DNA of 64,000 nucleotides from Ignavibacteria bacterium (GCA_016191145.1 JACPPD010000003.1:352778-416777), one strand, 5' to 3'; positions 1-10,193 are shown, numbered from the stretch's first letter. The notes: generated by a model not told the origin, from the letters alone. Program-made: numbers and translations.

Positions 1-278
1 GATGCCCGACGAATAATCTCCGGCGTAACAGTACTCTGATTACCGAGGCCAACAAGAATAAAACGTGGCGACGTAGCCGCGCTGCCAACATACCCAACTG
101 AAGTTGAAAATTTCTTGCCTGAAAAATCACCTGAGTCCAACAATGGCTGTAAATGAGGAATGCTGTCGATTAAATCCTTACGCTGAGATTTGAAGAGATT
201 CTCATCCTGGTAAATAAATATTACAACAGCATCGGCTTTTACTGATCTGCGGTTATCAATTGTGCATGAAACAGACAT
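1..278 (-). CDS. Leucyl aminopeptidase (M17 family) N-terminal fragment; gene continues beyond the window start
   Basis: Manual minus-strand translation from ATG (revcomp of 276-278) gives MSVSCTIDNRRSVKADAVVIFIYQDEN...GKKFSTSVGYVGSAATSPRFILVGLGNQSTV, which resembles the N-terminal domain of PepA-type aminopeptidases (the GKKG...VGLG region). Not in the ORF track because it runs off the window. Confidence 0.45.
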   Translation of the reverse strand, partial: MSVSCTIDNRRSVKADAVVIFIYQDENLFKSQRKDLIDSIPHLQPLLDSGDFSGKKFSTSVGYVGSAATSPRFILVGLGNQSTVTPEIIRRA

Positions 279-340
279 AAGTGAAGTTATGATTCGTGAA
301 TACTCAGTTGTTACAAGGCTACAAAATACGCCTGAGCCGA

Positions 341-2854
341 TTAAATGTCGGGATAAAACACCTGAAACAAGCGGAAGCTGACGTCGGGTTGTCTCTGTGT
401 TGGCAACCGTACATACCCACCTTTGAGCCATAATTGAAGCTGGTCGGTGTAGTGGGCATCAAGAGGCTGGCCAGACACACCTCCTGGCACAACACAGTAC
501 TGCACAGAGTCGCCCATGTCGGAAATGATGCGCATAGACTGCGTTACAGCAGTAGCGTATGGTTTGTAAATGGTCCATTCAGTATTAAAGATTGTTGTAG
601 AGCTGCCTCCAACTTCAAAAGGACCATGATTGATTACCGGTTCAAGTAGGGGATGATTACCCATGATATGGGCAAACGTTACGTGATGAAGCCGTCCGTA
701 AAGCCAATCATCCACACGGTCGGATTCAAACGTCATACGCAATTCATTAACGGCCTGGGTAAAGCTTCTGATGACAATCCACGACAAATCTTCTTTATCT
801 GAAGTTCGAATATCATCGAATAGTACATGTGTTGGATCATCGAGTAGTTCATCCATGCGTTTCAGAGCATTGCTGCCAACCAAACTCCAATCATAAAAAA
901 GTTGAGTACCAAGCTCGTCTTCAAATGTGTTCCACATCAACTTTTGGAGAAATACTGCATGAATTGCGGAAGCAGGATCAACAGTAGACTGTGTGCCATC
1001 CCATTTTACTAATGAGGCTAGCGCTGAGTGTTCGAGGTGTGTGAGACGCGACGACGCCCGATGTAAAATGGGGAGTATTCTCCTGTTAACAGAAATCGCA
1101 TACGGTGATACAAAATCGAGCTGCATAACCTGTGCATCTCGAACGCTCATGTCGCGATAAATATTCAGCAGTTGAACTATTCGCTGAATTCTCGAAGGGG
1201 GCTCGTAGAGCGTTGTAATGAAGGGATGAGTATTTGCAAATGTTCTGTTATTAGCGCTGGCCACGTAACCCGAATCTCGTTTTCTCAAGCTCCCAAGGGT
1301 TGAAAGTCGAATGTATCCACTCCAATCCTGTTCCGGCCTTAACGCGTCGATGGGAAGCAACGGATTGGTTTGACTGCGAAGCGGGACGATGCCCCCTACA
1401 ATTGTACCTACATTGCCTTTTACATCGCCAAAATGAAAGTTCAAGGCCGGAGTATTCCAGTTATCCAAGGCTTCGAAAGCTTCGTCGATAGTTGAAGCAG
1501 AATTTATGCGATAGAGTGAACCAATTTCGTTTGAAGCCTTGCTGCCTGTCCAGCGAAATGTCAGGCATTCATCCGAAGCAGAACTGCTTGTCTGCTTACG
1601 ATGAATTGTGAGACGCTCTGAGCTGCGGCTTAACGAATGCACGTCCGACAGAACGCACGACCGATTTGTAAATCGAAGATCGATAAGTGAGTCGGGTTCG
1701 TCCTTGACTTTAATTGTGTCTCGTCTGAACCTGAACTTTGAACGCGTCCCGCTGGAACTGTAATAATAGTTTGGATTTGTAGAGTCGATCTGTTCAACAA
1801 AGTAATCAACGTCATCTGCCAGTGTATTTGTAACACCCCATGCGATGCTGTCGTTGCGACCCGACACCACAAACGGAATTCCAGGAATACTGAATCCGAT
1901 TACGTTAAATCTATCGGCAGTAAGATGGTTTGGATACCACTGTGTTGGCATAGAAACGCTAAGATGCGGATCGTTGGCCAGAATAGTTCCAGAAGATCCG
2001 TGGCTGACTGCCCAACAATTACTGCCCGAAGCACTGCCTTCGATGCCAAGCGTGCTTTTCACTTCTGCCAGATTTCGCAGCATTGATTCAAAGAGAGATC
2101 CAAGCTCGTTGATCGTTGAATCTGAAATCGCAGATGTCTGCATCTGACGCTCATATCGAATAGAGTCCAGTACAAAGGGAGGACTCACATTCTGTGACAG
2201 ATAATCGCTCATGGCTGCCGTACCGCGCTGGGCCGCAATTCTGGCGTAAGCAACGTCGTTCCAAAACGCAAGACTCAGCTCAAACGAAACCACGCGCTCA
2301 ACAATCAGGCAATCCACGGGCGTCCATACAGAAGGTTTGTATCGGAGAGCATCAAACTCAAACGGTAGACTCTCACTGTATTCATTGATAAATTTAGTTA
2401 CACCACGAGCATAGCTCTCCAATTGATGTTTCGTAGTAGTATCGAGAGATTCAAACTGGTGCTTCGCTATTCCTTCTATATCAATTGCCCGCATAAAAAT
2501 GTCTACACTGGCGGCCTGTCTGCCCAAGACCTCTGCCAAATGCCCCCTGCCAATCCGACGCCAAATATCCATTTGCCACAGCCTGTCCTGGGCGTGGACG
2601 AAACCTTGCGAAAACAACACATCATCAATATTTTTACCAATGATGTGCGGTATTCCAAACGAATTGCGATAGATGAGAACGCTATCCTGAACTCGCGCGG
2701 TGTCCGAACTGTATGGCTTAGGGTGGCTTCTTGTTGCGAGATTAACGGAAAAGTATGTAACGCTGACGATGAGAACTGCAGTAGTTACCGTAATGCCAAT
2801 GGTTCCCTGCAGCCACGAACGCAAGTTCACAGCCACCCCTGTGCTCTGTACCAC
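341..2854 (-). CDS. Penicillin acylase family protein (Ntn-hydrolase)
   Basis: 837-aa ORF with an N-terminal TM/signal. Contains GSNCWAVS (the Ser N-terminal nucleophile motif of penicillin amidases) and a length typical of the family. Confidence 0.8.
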   Translation of the reverse strand: MVQSTGVAVNLRSWLQGTIGITVTTAVLIVSVTYFSVNLATRSHPKPYSSDTARVQDSVLIYRNSFGIPHIIGKNIDDVLFSQGFVHAQDRLWQMDIWRRIGRGHLAEVLGRQAASVDIFMRAIDIEGIAKHQFESLDTTTKHQLESYARGVTKFINEYSESLPFEFDALRYKPSVWTPVDCLIVERVVSFELSLAFWNDVAYARIAAQRGTAAMSDYLSQNVSPPFVLDSIRYERQMQTSAISDSTINELGSLFESMLRNLAEVKSTLGIEGSASGSNCWAVSHGSSGTILANDPHLSVSMPTQWYPNHLTADRFNVIGFSIPGIPFVVSGRNDSIAWGVTNTLADDVDYFVEQIDSTNPNYYYSSSGTRSKFRFRRDTIKVKDEPDSLIDLRFTNRSCVLSDVHSLSRSSERLTIHRKQTSSSASDECLTFRWTGSKASNEIGSLYRINSASTIDEAFEALDNWNTPALNFHFGDVKGNVGTIVGGIVPLRSQTNPLLPIDALRPEQDWSGYIRLSTLGSLRKRDSGYVASANNRTFANTHPFITTLYEPPSRIQRIVQLLNIYRDMSVRDAQVMQLDFVSPYAISVNRRILPILHRASSRLTHLEHSALASLVKWDGTQSTVDPASAIHAVFLQKLMWNTFEDELGTQLFYDWSLVGSNALKRMDELLDDPTHVLFDDIRTSDKEDLSWIVIRSFTQAVNELRMTFESDRVDDWLYGRLHHVTFAHIMGNHPLLEPVINHGPFEVGGSSTTIFNTEWTIYKPYATAVTQSMRIISDMGDSVQYCVVPGGVSGQPLDAHYTDQLQLWLKGGYVRLPTQRQPDVSFRLFQVFYPDI

Positions 2855-3813
2855 ACAACGGTTTCGGTTATGCCTTCGTTCAACGATACTTCCTGGCGGT
2901 AGCCAATCTCCCGCTTGGCCTTGTCAGTGCTGCAAATCCAATTCTGTTGGATGAGATCAATTCCTTTTTCATAATCAAGAACGGGTGGCTTTCCCATGAG
3001 TTTGCCAAAGAATCCAACTGTGCCGGCAATACCGAGTACAACTGTATGCGGTACTCTAATTGTTGAAAGCCTTCGTCTGCCCATTACAGCTGCAGTTAGT
3101 GTTGATATTTCGCTCCACGAATAAAATTTTTCTGAGCCAATGTAATACGTCTGGCCAATTGCGCGCTCATGCAATGCAGCGTCGACGATACCCCGTGCCA
3201 GATCCCGAATGTGAACCATGCTCACAGATTTTTCATTAAAACCAATCAATGGGGATATGCCAGCTTTGATGACCTGAAAAAATGTCAGTGTTGCTTCGTC
3301 GCGCGGGCCATAAACGGTGGGTGGACGTACAATGGTACAGTTGATGTCCTGCATGGCCTCTATTACAACTTTTTCAGCGGCCATTTTTGTTCGTCCGTAT
3401 GCCGTGATTGGATTGTAAGGGGCGTGTTCGTCTACAGGGGCAGCCGTACTTGGCGATGGTCCTCCAACGGCAAGAGAACTGATGTGGACAAAACGCCGAA
3501 GGTTGGGCTGATAGGTGCGGATTGCATCTACGATATTTTGTGTTGCATCCCGATTGCCGCGAAGAAATTCTGCTTCGTTCTTTGCTGCAATCAAGCCAGC
3601 AACGTGAATAACAATATCGGCCTGAGAAACAGCTTCGCGTAACGATGTATGGTCAAACAATGAGCCATCGACGCGTCGAACAGGCTTGCTGTCGAGCCAT
3701 CGCATCTTGCTCGTCGATCTCGCAATAAAGGATACATCAAGCCCGCGCTCTAAAAGTACATCGACGACATGACTGCCAACAAAACCCGTTGCTCCAGTAA
3801 CCAGTACGTTCAC
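2827..3813 (-). CDS. NAD-dependent epimerase/dehydratase (extended SDR)
   Basis: Starts MNVLVTGATGFVGSHVVDVLLERG (Rossmann GxxGxxG) and is 328 aa. It overlaps the acylase start by 28 nt. Confidence 0.8.
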   Translation of the reverse strand: MNVLVTGATGFVGSHVVDVLLERGLDVSFIARSTSKMRWLDSKPVRRVDGSLFDHTSLREAVSQADIVIHVAGLIAAKNEAEFLRGNRDATQNIVDAIRTYQPNLRRFVHISSLAVGGPSPSTAAPVDEHAPYNPITAYGRTKMAAEKVVIEAMQDINCTIVRPPTVYGPRDEATLTFFQVIKAGISPLIGFNEKSVSMVHIRDLARGIVDAALHERAIGQTYYIGSEKFYSWSEISTLTAAVMGRRRLSTIRVPHTVVLGIAGTVGFFGKLMGKPPVLDYEKGIDLIQQNWICSTDKAKREIGYRQEVSLNEGITETVVWYRAQGWL

Positions 3814-3937
3814 GCATGCTCCACGAATTGAACCCGAAAATACAACCTGCCTTCAGCACATCACCGAACTATGTGCTGAGTGGTTGATGTGCGGAAACAT
3901 CCGTATTTCTAAGCTTAACGATGCTACCAGCTGTATC

Positions 3938-3970
3938 TCACCCGGTGTTTCTCCCGGTGTTTCTCCCGGC
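3938..3970. repeat. Short tandem repeat, ~11-bp unit (tctcccggtgtt) x ~2.7
   Basis: The sequence cacccggtgtttctcccggtgtttctcccggcac is read directly from the window. Confidence 0.6.
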
Positions 3971-3974
3971 ACAT

Positions 3975-4470
3975 TTCGAAGAAAGGTTGTCATGTCTGTT
4001 TTGCAACTCACCTCGCCCCTGCGGGGCACCCCTCTCCGTGAGCAGCGGGGGCTGGGGGTGAGTTCTTAAACACGATACCCCCTCTCCGTGAGCAGCGGGG
4101 GCCGGGGGTGAGTTCCTGTGCACGAAGCCCATCCCCCTCTCCGTGAGCAGCGGGGGCTGGGGGTGAGGTCGGCGATACCCCCTCTCCGAGAGGAGCGGGG
4201 GCTGGGGGTGAGTTCTTAAACACGATACCCCCTCTCCGTGAGCAGCGGGGGCTGGGGGTGAGTTCTTAAACACGATACCCCCTCTCCGAGAGGAGAGGGG
4301 GCTGGGGGTGAGTTCCTGTGCACGAAGCCCAGCCCCCTCTCCATGAGCAGAGGGGGCCGGGGGTGAGTTCCAATGCACGAAACCCAATCTCCGTGAGGAG
4401 AAGGGGCTGGGAGTGAGATGCAATGCACGAAGTCCCGGCTCCGTAAGGCAACTCCTCCCGACGGCACAAA
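3975..4470. repeat. Tandem array of ~9 GC-rich 45-55 bp imperfect-palindrome repeats (REP/BIME-like hairpin units), intergenic
   Basis: The core CCCCCTCTCCGTGAGCAGCGGGGGCTGGGGGTGAG recurs at 4031, 4081, 4136, 4181, 4231, 4281, 4336 and 4386, with a degenerate copy at ~4436. Two alternating linker types occur (cttaaacacgata, cctgtgcacgaagccc). The arms ACCCCCTCTCCG and CGGGGGCTGGGGGT can pair around a TGAGCAG loop. Confidence 0.8.
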
Positions 4471-4472
4471 CC

Positions 4473-6176
4473 TTAACCAATGTATTGCGGATAATTCGCG
4501 CGCAGCCAAAGCATGGCGCCGCCAAATACATCTTGCAGTGTTTTCTCCAAGAACGGTGACGAGAGATTTCCGGTTTCAACAATCTGAAGAAACGATTGAC
4601 TGCCCCCTACATCGCAAATCTTAAGATATTCCTTGAAAGCATTTTCCTTATCCTCAATGGATTTTTTCCAGATCTGCAGAGCGCAAGTTTGTGCTAGCGC
4701 ATAATCGATGTAGTAAAAGGGGCTTTCATAAATATGCTTCTGAAACTGCCACTGACGGCCCTCGCCCGCTTCAGGTATTTCTGAAGCGTCGCGCCATGGT
4801 AGATACTTCTTCTCCATTTCATTCCACCTTCTGCAACGTGCTGTAGGACCTGCTTCCGGGTTAGCGTAAACCCAATGCTGAAATTCGTCTACTGCACAGG
4901 CATAGGGCAAGAATTTAATTGCACCTGAAAGATGATAGAATTTGAATTTCTCTGTTTGATCGCCAAAGAAATACTTCATCCATGGCCAAGTAATGAATTC
5001 CATTCCCATTGAGTGAATTTCGCACGCTTCCGTTGTGGGCCACAGGTATTCTGGAACCATGAGATTTTTACTCCTGTATGCTTGAAAAGCATGACCCGCT
5101 TCGTGCGTAAGAACTTCAACATCGTGTGTAGTTCCATTGAAGTTGGCAAAAATGAAAGGCAGCCGATATTCCGGGAAGCTGGTGCAATAGCCGCCAACAG
5201 CCTTGTTGTCCCGGCTTTTTAAATCCATTAGTCTGGCACCAGACAATGCGCTGAAGAACTCATTTGTTTCAGGAGAAAGTTCCGAATACATTTTCTCAGC
5301 GGCGCCAACAATGAAATCATACTCGCCTTCAACATTAGGATTCCCATCTGCGAAATCAAGCTTCTCATCATAAATCGTCAATGTATCCAACCCGAGCCTC
5401 TTGCGCTGTGCTTCTCGAATGCTAACCGAAAGCGGAACAACGTATTCGAGAACCTTGTTGCGAAATACCTCTACGTCTTTAGGTGTGTAATCTACCCGAC
5501 CCATCTCTGCGTATCGCAACTCAGTATACGATTGAAAACCAAGGCGCCTGGCTTTTTCGACCCGAATCTTAACGAGCTTGTCGTATATGGTATCTAACTC
5601 CTGCGCATGATTGCCTAAAAACGTGTACGAAGCCTCCGTAGCCCTTCTGCGGCGATCACGGTTTGTTTCAACAACTACTGCACCTATCGTTGATAGATTA
5701 TACTCCATGCCATCCAGCTCAATTATTCCGCTGGCGGTAATTTCATTGTAACTATTGTTAAGATTAGCTTCTTCAACCATCAATTCCTTTATCTCGGGTG
5801 AGAACGTACGGAGTGAATTCTCAATGATTTTAAGGAATATCTCGCCAAATTCTTCAGCAACTTCCTTTCTGAAAGGGGATGCAAGAATTACCTTTTCAAC
5901 CTCAACGTTCCACTCTGTAATCGTAGGTGAGTTTACATCGTAAAAGTGCTTTTCAGCTTTGTGCCCCTGATTTGACACGTCGAGCGAATAGTTCACCTCT
6001 GCCAGATTTACCATCGTCATTACATGCATCCGCATTTCATTCCATTTGTGAATGGCATCGATAACCAACCAGCTATCCGTTGCCTGGGCGATGACTTTCT
6101 TTGCTTCATTGCATGCCGATTCGATGTCTGAAAGGATCAGTCGTTCGTATTTGAGCTCACTGAATTGTTGTGGCAT
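4473..6176 (-). CDS. pepF: Oligoendopeptidase F (M3B family)
   Basis: 567 aa with an HEAGHAFQ zinc motif and a PepF-like length and architecture. Confidence 0.85.
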   Translation of the reverse strand: MPQQFSELKYERLILSDIESACNEAKKVIAQATDSWLVIDAIHKWNEMRMHVMTMVNLAEVNYSLDVSNQGHKAEKHFYDVNSPTITEWNVEVEKVILASPFRKEVAEEFGEIFLKIIENSLRTFSPEIKELMVEEANLNNSYNEITASGIIELDGMEYNLSTIGAVVVETNRDRRRRATEASYTFLGNHAQELDTIYDKLVKIRVEKARRLGFQSYTELRYAEMGRVDYTPKDVEVFRNKVLEYVVPLSVSIREAQRKRLGLDTLTIYDEKLDFADGNPNVEGEYDFIVGAAEKMYSELSPETNEFFSALSGARLMDLKSRDNKAVGGYCTSFPEYRLPFIFANFNGTTHDVEVLTHEAGHAFQAYRSKNLMVPEYLWPTTEACEIHSMGMEFITWPWMKYFFGDQTEKFKFYHLSGAIKFLPYACAVDEFQHWVYANPEAGPTARCRRWNEMEKKYLPWRDASEIPEAGEGRQWQFQKHIYESPFYYIDYALAQTCALQIWKKSIEDKENAFKEYLKICDVGGSQSFLQIVETGNLSSPFLEKTLQDVFGGAMLWLRANYPQYIG

Positions 6177-6196
6177 GAAATTCCTATGTGATTAAG

Positions 6197-7978
6197 TTAT
6201 GCGTCGCCGCGAAGTTTTCTTATACGTTCACGCGCCGACGGAGCAAGGATACTGCGCGGATACTGAACGAGGAGCGACGTCAGTGCTGCGATGGCACCTT
6301 GAACGTCTCCGCGACGTTCCAGTACGTCTGCCGTAATTATCAAAGCCTTGTCCCCGTAGATAGTATCTGGGATTCTATCGAGAATGGCTACGAGTTGTGA
6401 ATCGGCAGCCTCTTGTTGTCCCAACTTAACAAAGCATTGTGCAGCTTCGATCCGACTTCTGTCCCGGATTTCATTATCTCTTGCCTCTGAAACTGTTGCT
6501 ACAAAAATGCGTGACGCTTCTTCGGTCTTTCTTCTTGACAGCGCATGCAGGCCACGCACGATGCCATTTACACCAACACTGTCATCTTGTTCAAGCATCA
6601 ATAAAGCAATTTTTTCCAACGCATCGTTTGCGGCAGGGGACCCGGGTGATGCAGCAAGGGACGCATACATGCTCCTTGCCGAATCTTTGTTGCCCTGAAA
6701 TAGAACGATATCGGCTCTCCGCAGCCGGGCAAGATCGCGCCTCTCTGAATTCATCGGGTTACGATCGGCGTCGGCAACTGCCAGTGCCGACAATGCACCT
6801 TCCACCTGATCCACGGAAAGGTAAAGATCGGCCAGTCTCAATGCACCGTCAACCGAAGCTGTTGTGCCGCTCCATCGGTTGATAAGCTTTGTTAACAACT
6901 CAATTGCCTCACGTGTTTTACCTAGAACATCGTCCATTAGCACTGCAGCGCGATACATTGCATCGGCTGACAGAGGATGCTCCGAATACGCCGCGGCAAT
7001 GGAATTGTACCGTTCAACCACAGCGGTTGCGACAGCTTTGTCTATGGTTTGAGCAGATCGCACCTTCTGATCGAGTGTTTGAGCAATACCGTAGGCTGCA
7101 GACAAAGACACATGCCTGTCGCCTCCTGAATCGATCAGTAATCCGTAGGCTTGAATTGCAACATCATAAGCGCCTTCGGCTCGCGCCGCATCGGCAAACA
7201 TTAACATCTCCGAACCACGCTGACCAGATTCTGCATCGAGTTCCTTGGTAATGATAAGCGCCTGTTCCCATTGGCCTGTATGCCGATAGTACCATTGTTT
7301 AATAAAATTGATTTCAGCGATGTTAGTTGCCGACATTATAACTGAGCCAACGGCAGTCGATGCCGTGTCGGACGTCATTAATGCCGACAATCGTCCATAT
7401 GTCAAGGCTAACTCGCCCTGTTGTTGGTGCGCCTTTAAGATTTCTTCGGCAGCTTTTGCAACCTGACCGGTAGTGGAATACAACAGCGATAGTTCCAAAG
7501 CAAAGTCAAGGTCATCATCGCTCTTGCTTCGTGCCGTCAGGTATGAAGCAATGGCTCGATCATTCAGAAAGAACTCGGACTGCTGCCGTGCTATTGCAGC
7601 CCACGCTGCGCTGCCATCGTTACCCAAATCACGTACCTTCGACCACCATTGTTCTGCTGCCTCCACCTTCCCAATTTTTAGACAGGCGGCAGAGGCAAGC
7701 AGCGCCGTTGTCCGCGATGGAACTGCTTTGAATCGCTTTTCAATTAGAGGGAGAAGCCCGGAGTATTGTTTTAGGCCATCAAAGGTTCTTACCAAGCCTT
7801 CGAAGGCAGCAGCATTGGTAGGACTGGCATCAAAGAGTTCCAGGTAAATGCGTGCTGCGCTCCGCAAATCTCCACTCTGCTCGTATGCTTTCGCATAACT
7901 GAGCTGGTCCTGACCCAACAGAAATAGAGTTGAACCAAATAACAGCACTATTGAAGCAACCAAAACTCGAAGCGTCAT
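6197..7978 (-). CDS. TPR-repeat protein with N-terminal signal peptide
   Basis: Starts MTLRVLVASIVLLFGSTLFLLGQ, followed by multiple Ala/Leu-rich TPR-like repeats. Confidence 0.6.
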   Translation of the reverse strand: MTLRVLVASIVLLFGSTLFLLGQDQLSYAKAYEQSGDLRSAARIYLELFDASPTNAAAFEGLVRTFDGLKQYSGLLPLIEKRFKAVPSRTTALLASAACLKIGKVEAAEQWWSKVRDLGNDGSAAWAAIARQQSEFFLNDRAIASYLTARSKSDDDLDFALELSLLYSTTGQVAKAAEEILKAHQQQGELALTYGRLSALMTSDTASTAVGSVIMSATNIAEINFIKQWYYRHTGQWEQALIITKELDAESGQRGSEMLMFADAARAEGAYDVAIQAYGLLIDSGGDRHVSLSAAYGIAQTLDQKVRSAQTIDKAVATAVVERYNSIAAAYSEHPLSADAMYRAAVLMDDVLGKTREAIELLTKLINRWSGTTASVDGALRLADLYLSVDQVEGALSALAVADADRNPMNSERRDLARLRRADIVLFQGNKDSARSMYASLAASPGSPAANDALEKIALLMLEQDDSVGVNGIVRGLHALSRRKTEEASRIFVATVSEARDNEIRDRSRIEAAQCFVKLGQQEAADSQLVAILDRIPDTIYGDKALIITADVLERRGDVQGAIAALTSLLVQYPRSILAPSARERIRKLRGDA

Positions 7979-9171
7979 TCGATACCAAATAGGGGAATGA
8001 TGGATTTCTGAACGGGACTGCTGGGAACACTTACACTCCCGTCCGGATGAACGATAATTCCTATTTCCGTACGAAGACCAAGAACATTGTCTATGTAGAC
8101 GCCTGGTTCAATAGAGAACGACATACCCGGAATTATCTGACGAGTGTCGTGCGTTTCAAAATTGTCCATGTTCGCGCCCGGACCATGAATTTCCGTTGTA
8201 ATGTTATGGCCTGTTCGATGAATGTAATTAGAACCCATGCTTCCTGCCTCTATTACAGAGCGGCAGGCATCGTCTACTTCGTAACCATAAACTGGTTTAT
8301 TTTCTTTGAATCGATCTTTTACAAGATCTGTTGCTGCATCCCGGCCATTGACGATGAGTCTGAATGTATGCTCAACGTCGTCGGGGACTTCACGTCCGGT
8401 GTATGCCACCCATGTAAGATCGGCATACACGGAACCGGGCGCCTTGTTCTTTGCCCATGCATCAATTAACACAATTTGATTCATATCAATCTCTGATGAA
8501 TCTGAAATCGTTGGCTCGTAATGCGGCTTCGAGGCATTAGGACCAATGGCAACAATGGGGAATGCTTCAGTGACGAGCTCGTGCCGTTCGAATTCATTCA
8601 GAATAAATCGTTGAACGTCGTATTCAGTAACTCGATCGCCATCAGTTAACTTTTTTCGAATCAATTCAAATGCGCTGTGAATAATATCACGAACCAGCCC
8701 TGCAGAAACCTCAGCACCGGCAAGTTGTTCTTCCGAGAGAACGGCGGTAAACTTTTGCACGATATCACCAGAACTCACCACGTCGTGCCCGAACATCCTC
8801 AATAGCTCAACAATGCCAGCATCGACCTTCGAGACAACTGGAATGGCATTGTTGGGTGAATACTCCATAGCAATTTTTTTGAAGGGGGCGGTCAGCTCGC
8901 GTATTGCATTCTCCCATTCTTCATGTCGTGCATACAGAGTCTCATCAATCTTAATGTGATTCAGCGGGTCCTGTTCCATTTTGTGTACAATCTTGTGGGG
9001 TTTGCCGTGAGCAGGAACAACAACCATCCACCGACGCGTGCAATGGTGATCGTTTGATACACCAAGCATCGACCACGCAAGATCATTCGTTTTGCGGAAG
9101 TCGTATATGGCCCAGGCATCTGCGCCATAGGAACGTATGGCTTCCTGCATTTTTGTGAAATCGACTCTCAT
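7975..9171 (-). CDS. Xaa-Pro aminopeptidase / M24 family peptidase
   Basis: 398 aa with a C-terminal HRTGHNITTEIHGPG...SIEPGVY region (metal-ligand motifs of the M24 pita-bread fold). Confidence 0.75.
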   Translation of the reverse strand: MRVDFTKMQEAIRSYGADAWAIYDFRKTNDLAWSMLGVSNDHHCTRRWMVVVPAHGKPHKIVHKMEQDPLNHIKIDETLYARHEEWENAIRELTAPFKKIAMEYSPNNAIPVVSKVDAGIVELLRMFGHDVVSSGDIVQKFTAVLSEEQLAGAEVSAGLVRDIIHSAFELIRKKLTDGDRVTEYDVQRFILNEFERHELVTEAFPIVAIGPNASKPHYEPTISDSSEIDMNQIVLIDAWAKNKAPGSVYADLTWVAYTGREVPDDVEHTFRLIVNGRDAATDLVKDRFKENKPVYGYEVDDACRSVIEAGSMGSNYIHRTGHNITTEIHGPGANMDNFETHDTRQIIPGMSFSIEPGVYIDNVLGLRTEIGIIVHPDGSVSVPSSPVQKSIIPLFGIE

Positions 9172-10190
9172 AACTTTTCCTTAACAATAATGTTTAAGCG
9201 CTGAAGAAATCTGTGAACGGCGGCCGATGGTGGTACCAGTCCGTTGCTGACTTGGACATACAACTGTGCAAGTTTATTGGATAGTTCCCTGTCCATTGTG
9301 AGAAAACGCGTCAGCGATCTCTTCATCATCTCATCAAAGCACCGTCGTAGCTGAATATTTCGTTCAGATTCAATTGTGCTGCGCCGTTGCGGTGAAAAAA
9401 ATTGATCAACAACCTCGTGCAATGCTGTAAGACCGTCAGATGATGTTGCGCTTATCGAAATCACCGGCGACTTCCACTCGCTTCGCGATGCCATCATTAG
9501 TCTCAGGGCCGAGGCGTACACAGCCAACGTTTTACTCGCCGCTGCCATATCCAGATCCATCTTCGTTATGGCAACTACATCTGCAACTTCCATGATACCT
9601 CGCTTAATCCCCTGAACCTCATCTCCCGATGACGGCATCACGAGAAGAATAACGAGATCAACAAGGTTTGCAGTTTCTGTTGCGCTCTGTCCTACGCCAA
9701 CGGTCTCAACAATCACGGTGTCGAAGCCGGCGGCTTCGCACACGAGAATGGCATCAGGAGTTGAATCCGACGTGCCGCTGTACGATTGCTTTGAGGGCGA
9801 CGGGCGAATGAATGCTGCGTCGCGTACAGAAAGTTTTGGCATTCGAACTTTGTCGCCAAGAATACTTCCGCCGGTTTTAGGCGACGATGGGTCGACGGCC
9901 AACACAGCTATGCGATGCCCCCTTCCAATCAAATCGAGTCCGAACTGTTCAACGAGCGTGCTCTTGCCAACGCCAGGAGCTCCTGTGATGCCGATTCGCC
10001 GAGAGGGAGTCTGCACGCCCTCAGCTTTTCGTTTGCTGTGCCACACGGCAATGCGCTCGAGCAACGATGCAGCAGCATCCTTATCGGAACGGTGCGTGCT
10101 TTCAATCAACGATAGTGATTGCGCAAGTGAACGTCGATCCCCACGCATCAACCCATCAAATACGGAATCGATGTTCCCGCCATGTGTCAT
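9168..10190 (-). CDS. meaB: Methylmalonyl-CoA mutase-associated GTPase MeaB/ArgK
   Basis: GITGAPGVGKST P-loop, DPSSPKTGGSILGDK and an ArgK-like length of 340 aa. Confidence 0.8.
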   Translation of the reverse strand: MTHGGNIDSVFDGLMRGDRRSLAQSLSLIESTHRSDKDAAASLLERIAVWHSKRKAEGVQTPSRRIGITGAPGVGKSTLVEQFGLDLIGRGHRIAVLAVDPSSPKTGGSILGDKVRMPKLSVRDAAFIRPSPSKQSYSGTSDSTPDAILVCEAAGFDTVIVETVGVGQSATETANLVDLVILLVMPSSGDEVQGIKRGIMEVADVVAITKMDLDMAAASKTLAVYASALRLMMASRSEWKSPVISISATSSDGLTALHEVVDQFFSPQRRSTIESERNIQLRRCFDEMMKRSLTRFLTMDRELSNKLAQLYVQVSNGLVPPSAAVHRFLQRLNIIVKEKL

Positions 10191-10193
10191 GGT

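Noticed and set aside
2423-2954. + strand ORFs 2423-2902 and 2700-2954 inside the penicillin acylase gene
   Set aside because: They are fully antisense to a long, well-supported minus-strand gene, have no recognisable domains, and are typical shadow ORFs.
3975-4470. Possible CRISPR array (regular GC-rich repeats)
   Set aside because: The inter-repeat 'spacers' are only 10-18 bp. They recur identically (cttaaacacgata x3, cctgtgcacgaagccc x2). The repeat spacing is irregular (45/50/55 bp), and no cas genes are nearby. It is a tandem hairpin-repeat array, not CRISPR.
3884-4624. Six overlapping ORFs (3884-4069+, 3938-4582-, 4008-4223-, 4216-4509-, 4266-4469-, 4418-4624+) encoding PPAPAAHGEG-type repetitive peptides
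   Set aside because: All lie on the GC-rich tandem repeat, on both strands and in several frames. They have low complexity and no start-site context. They are read-through artefacts of the repeat.
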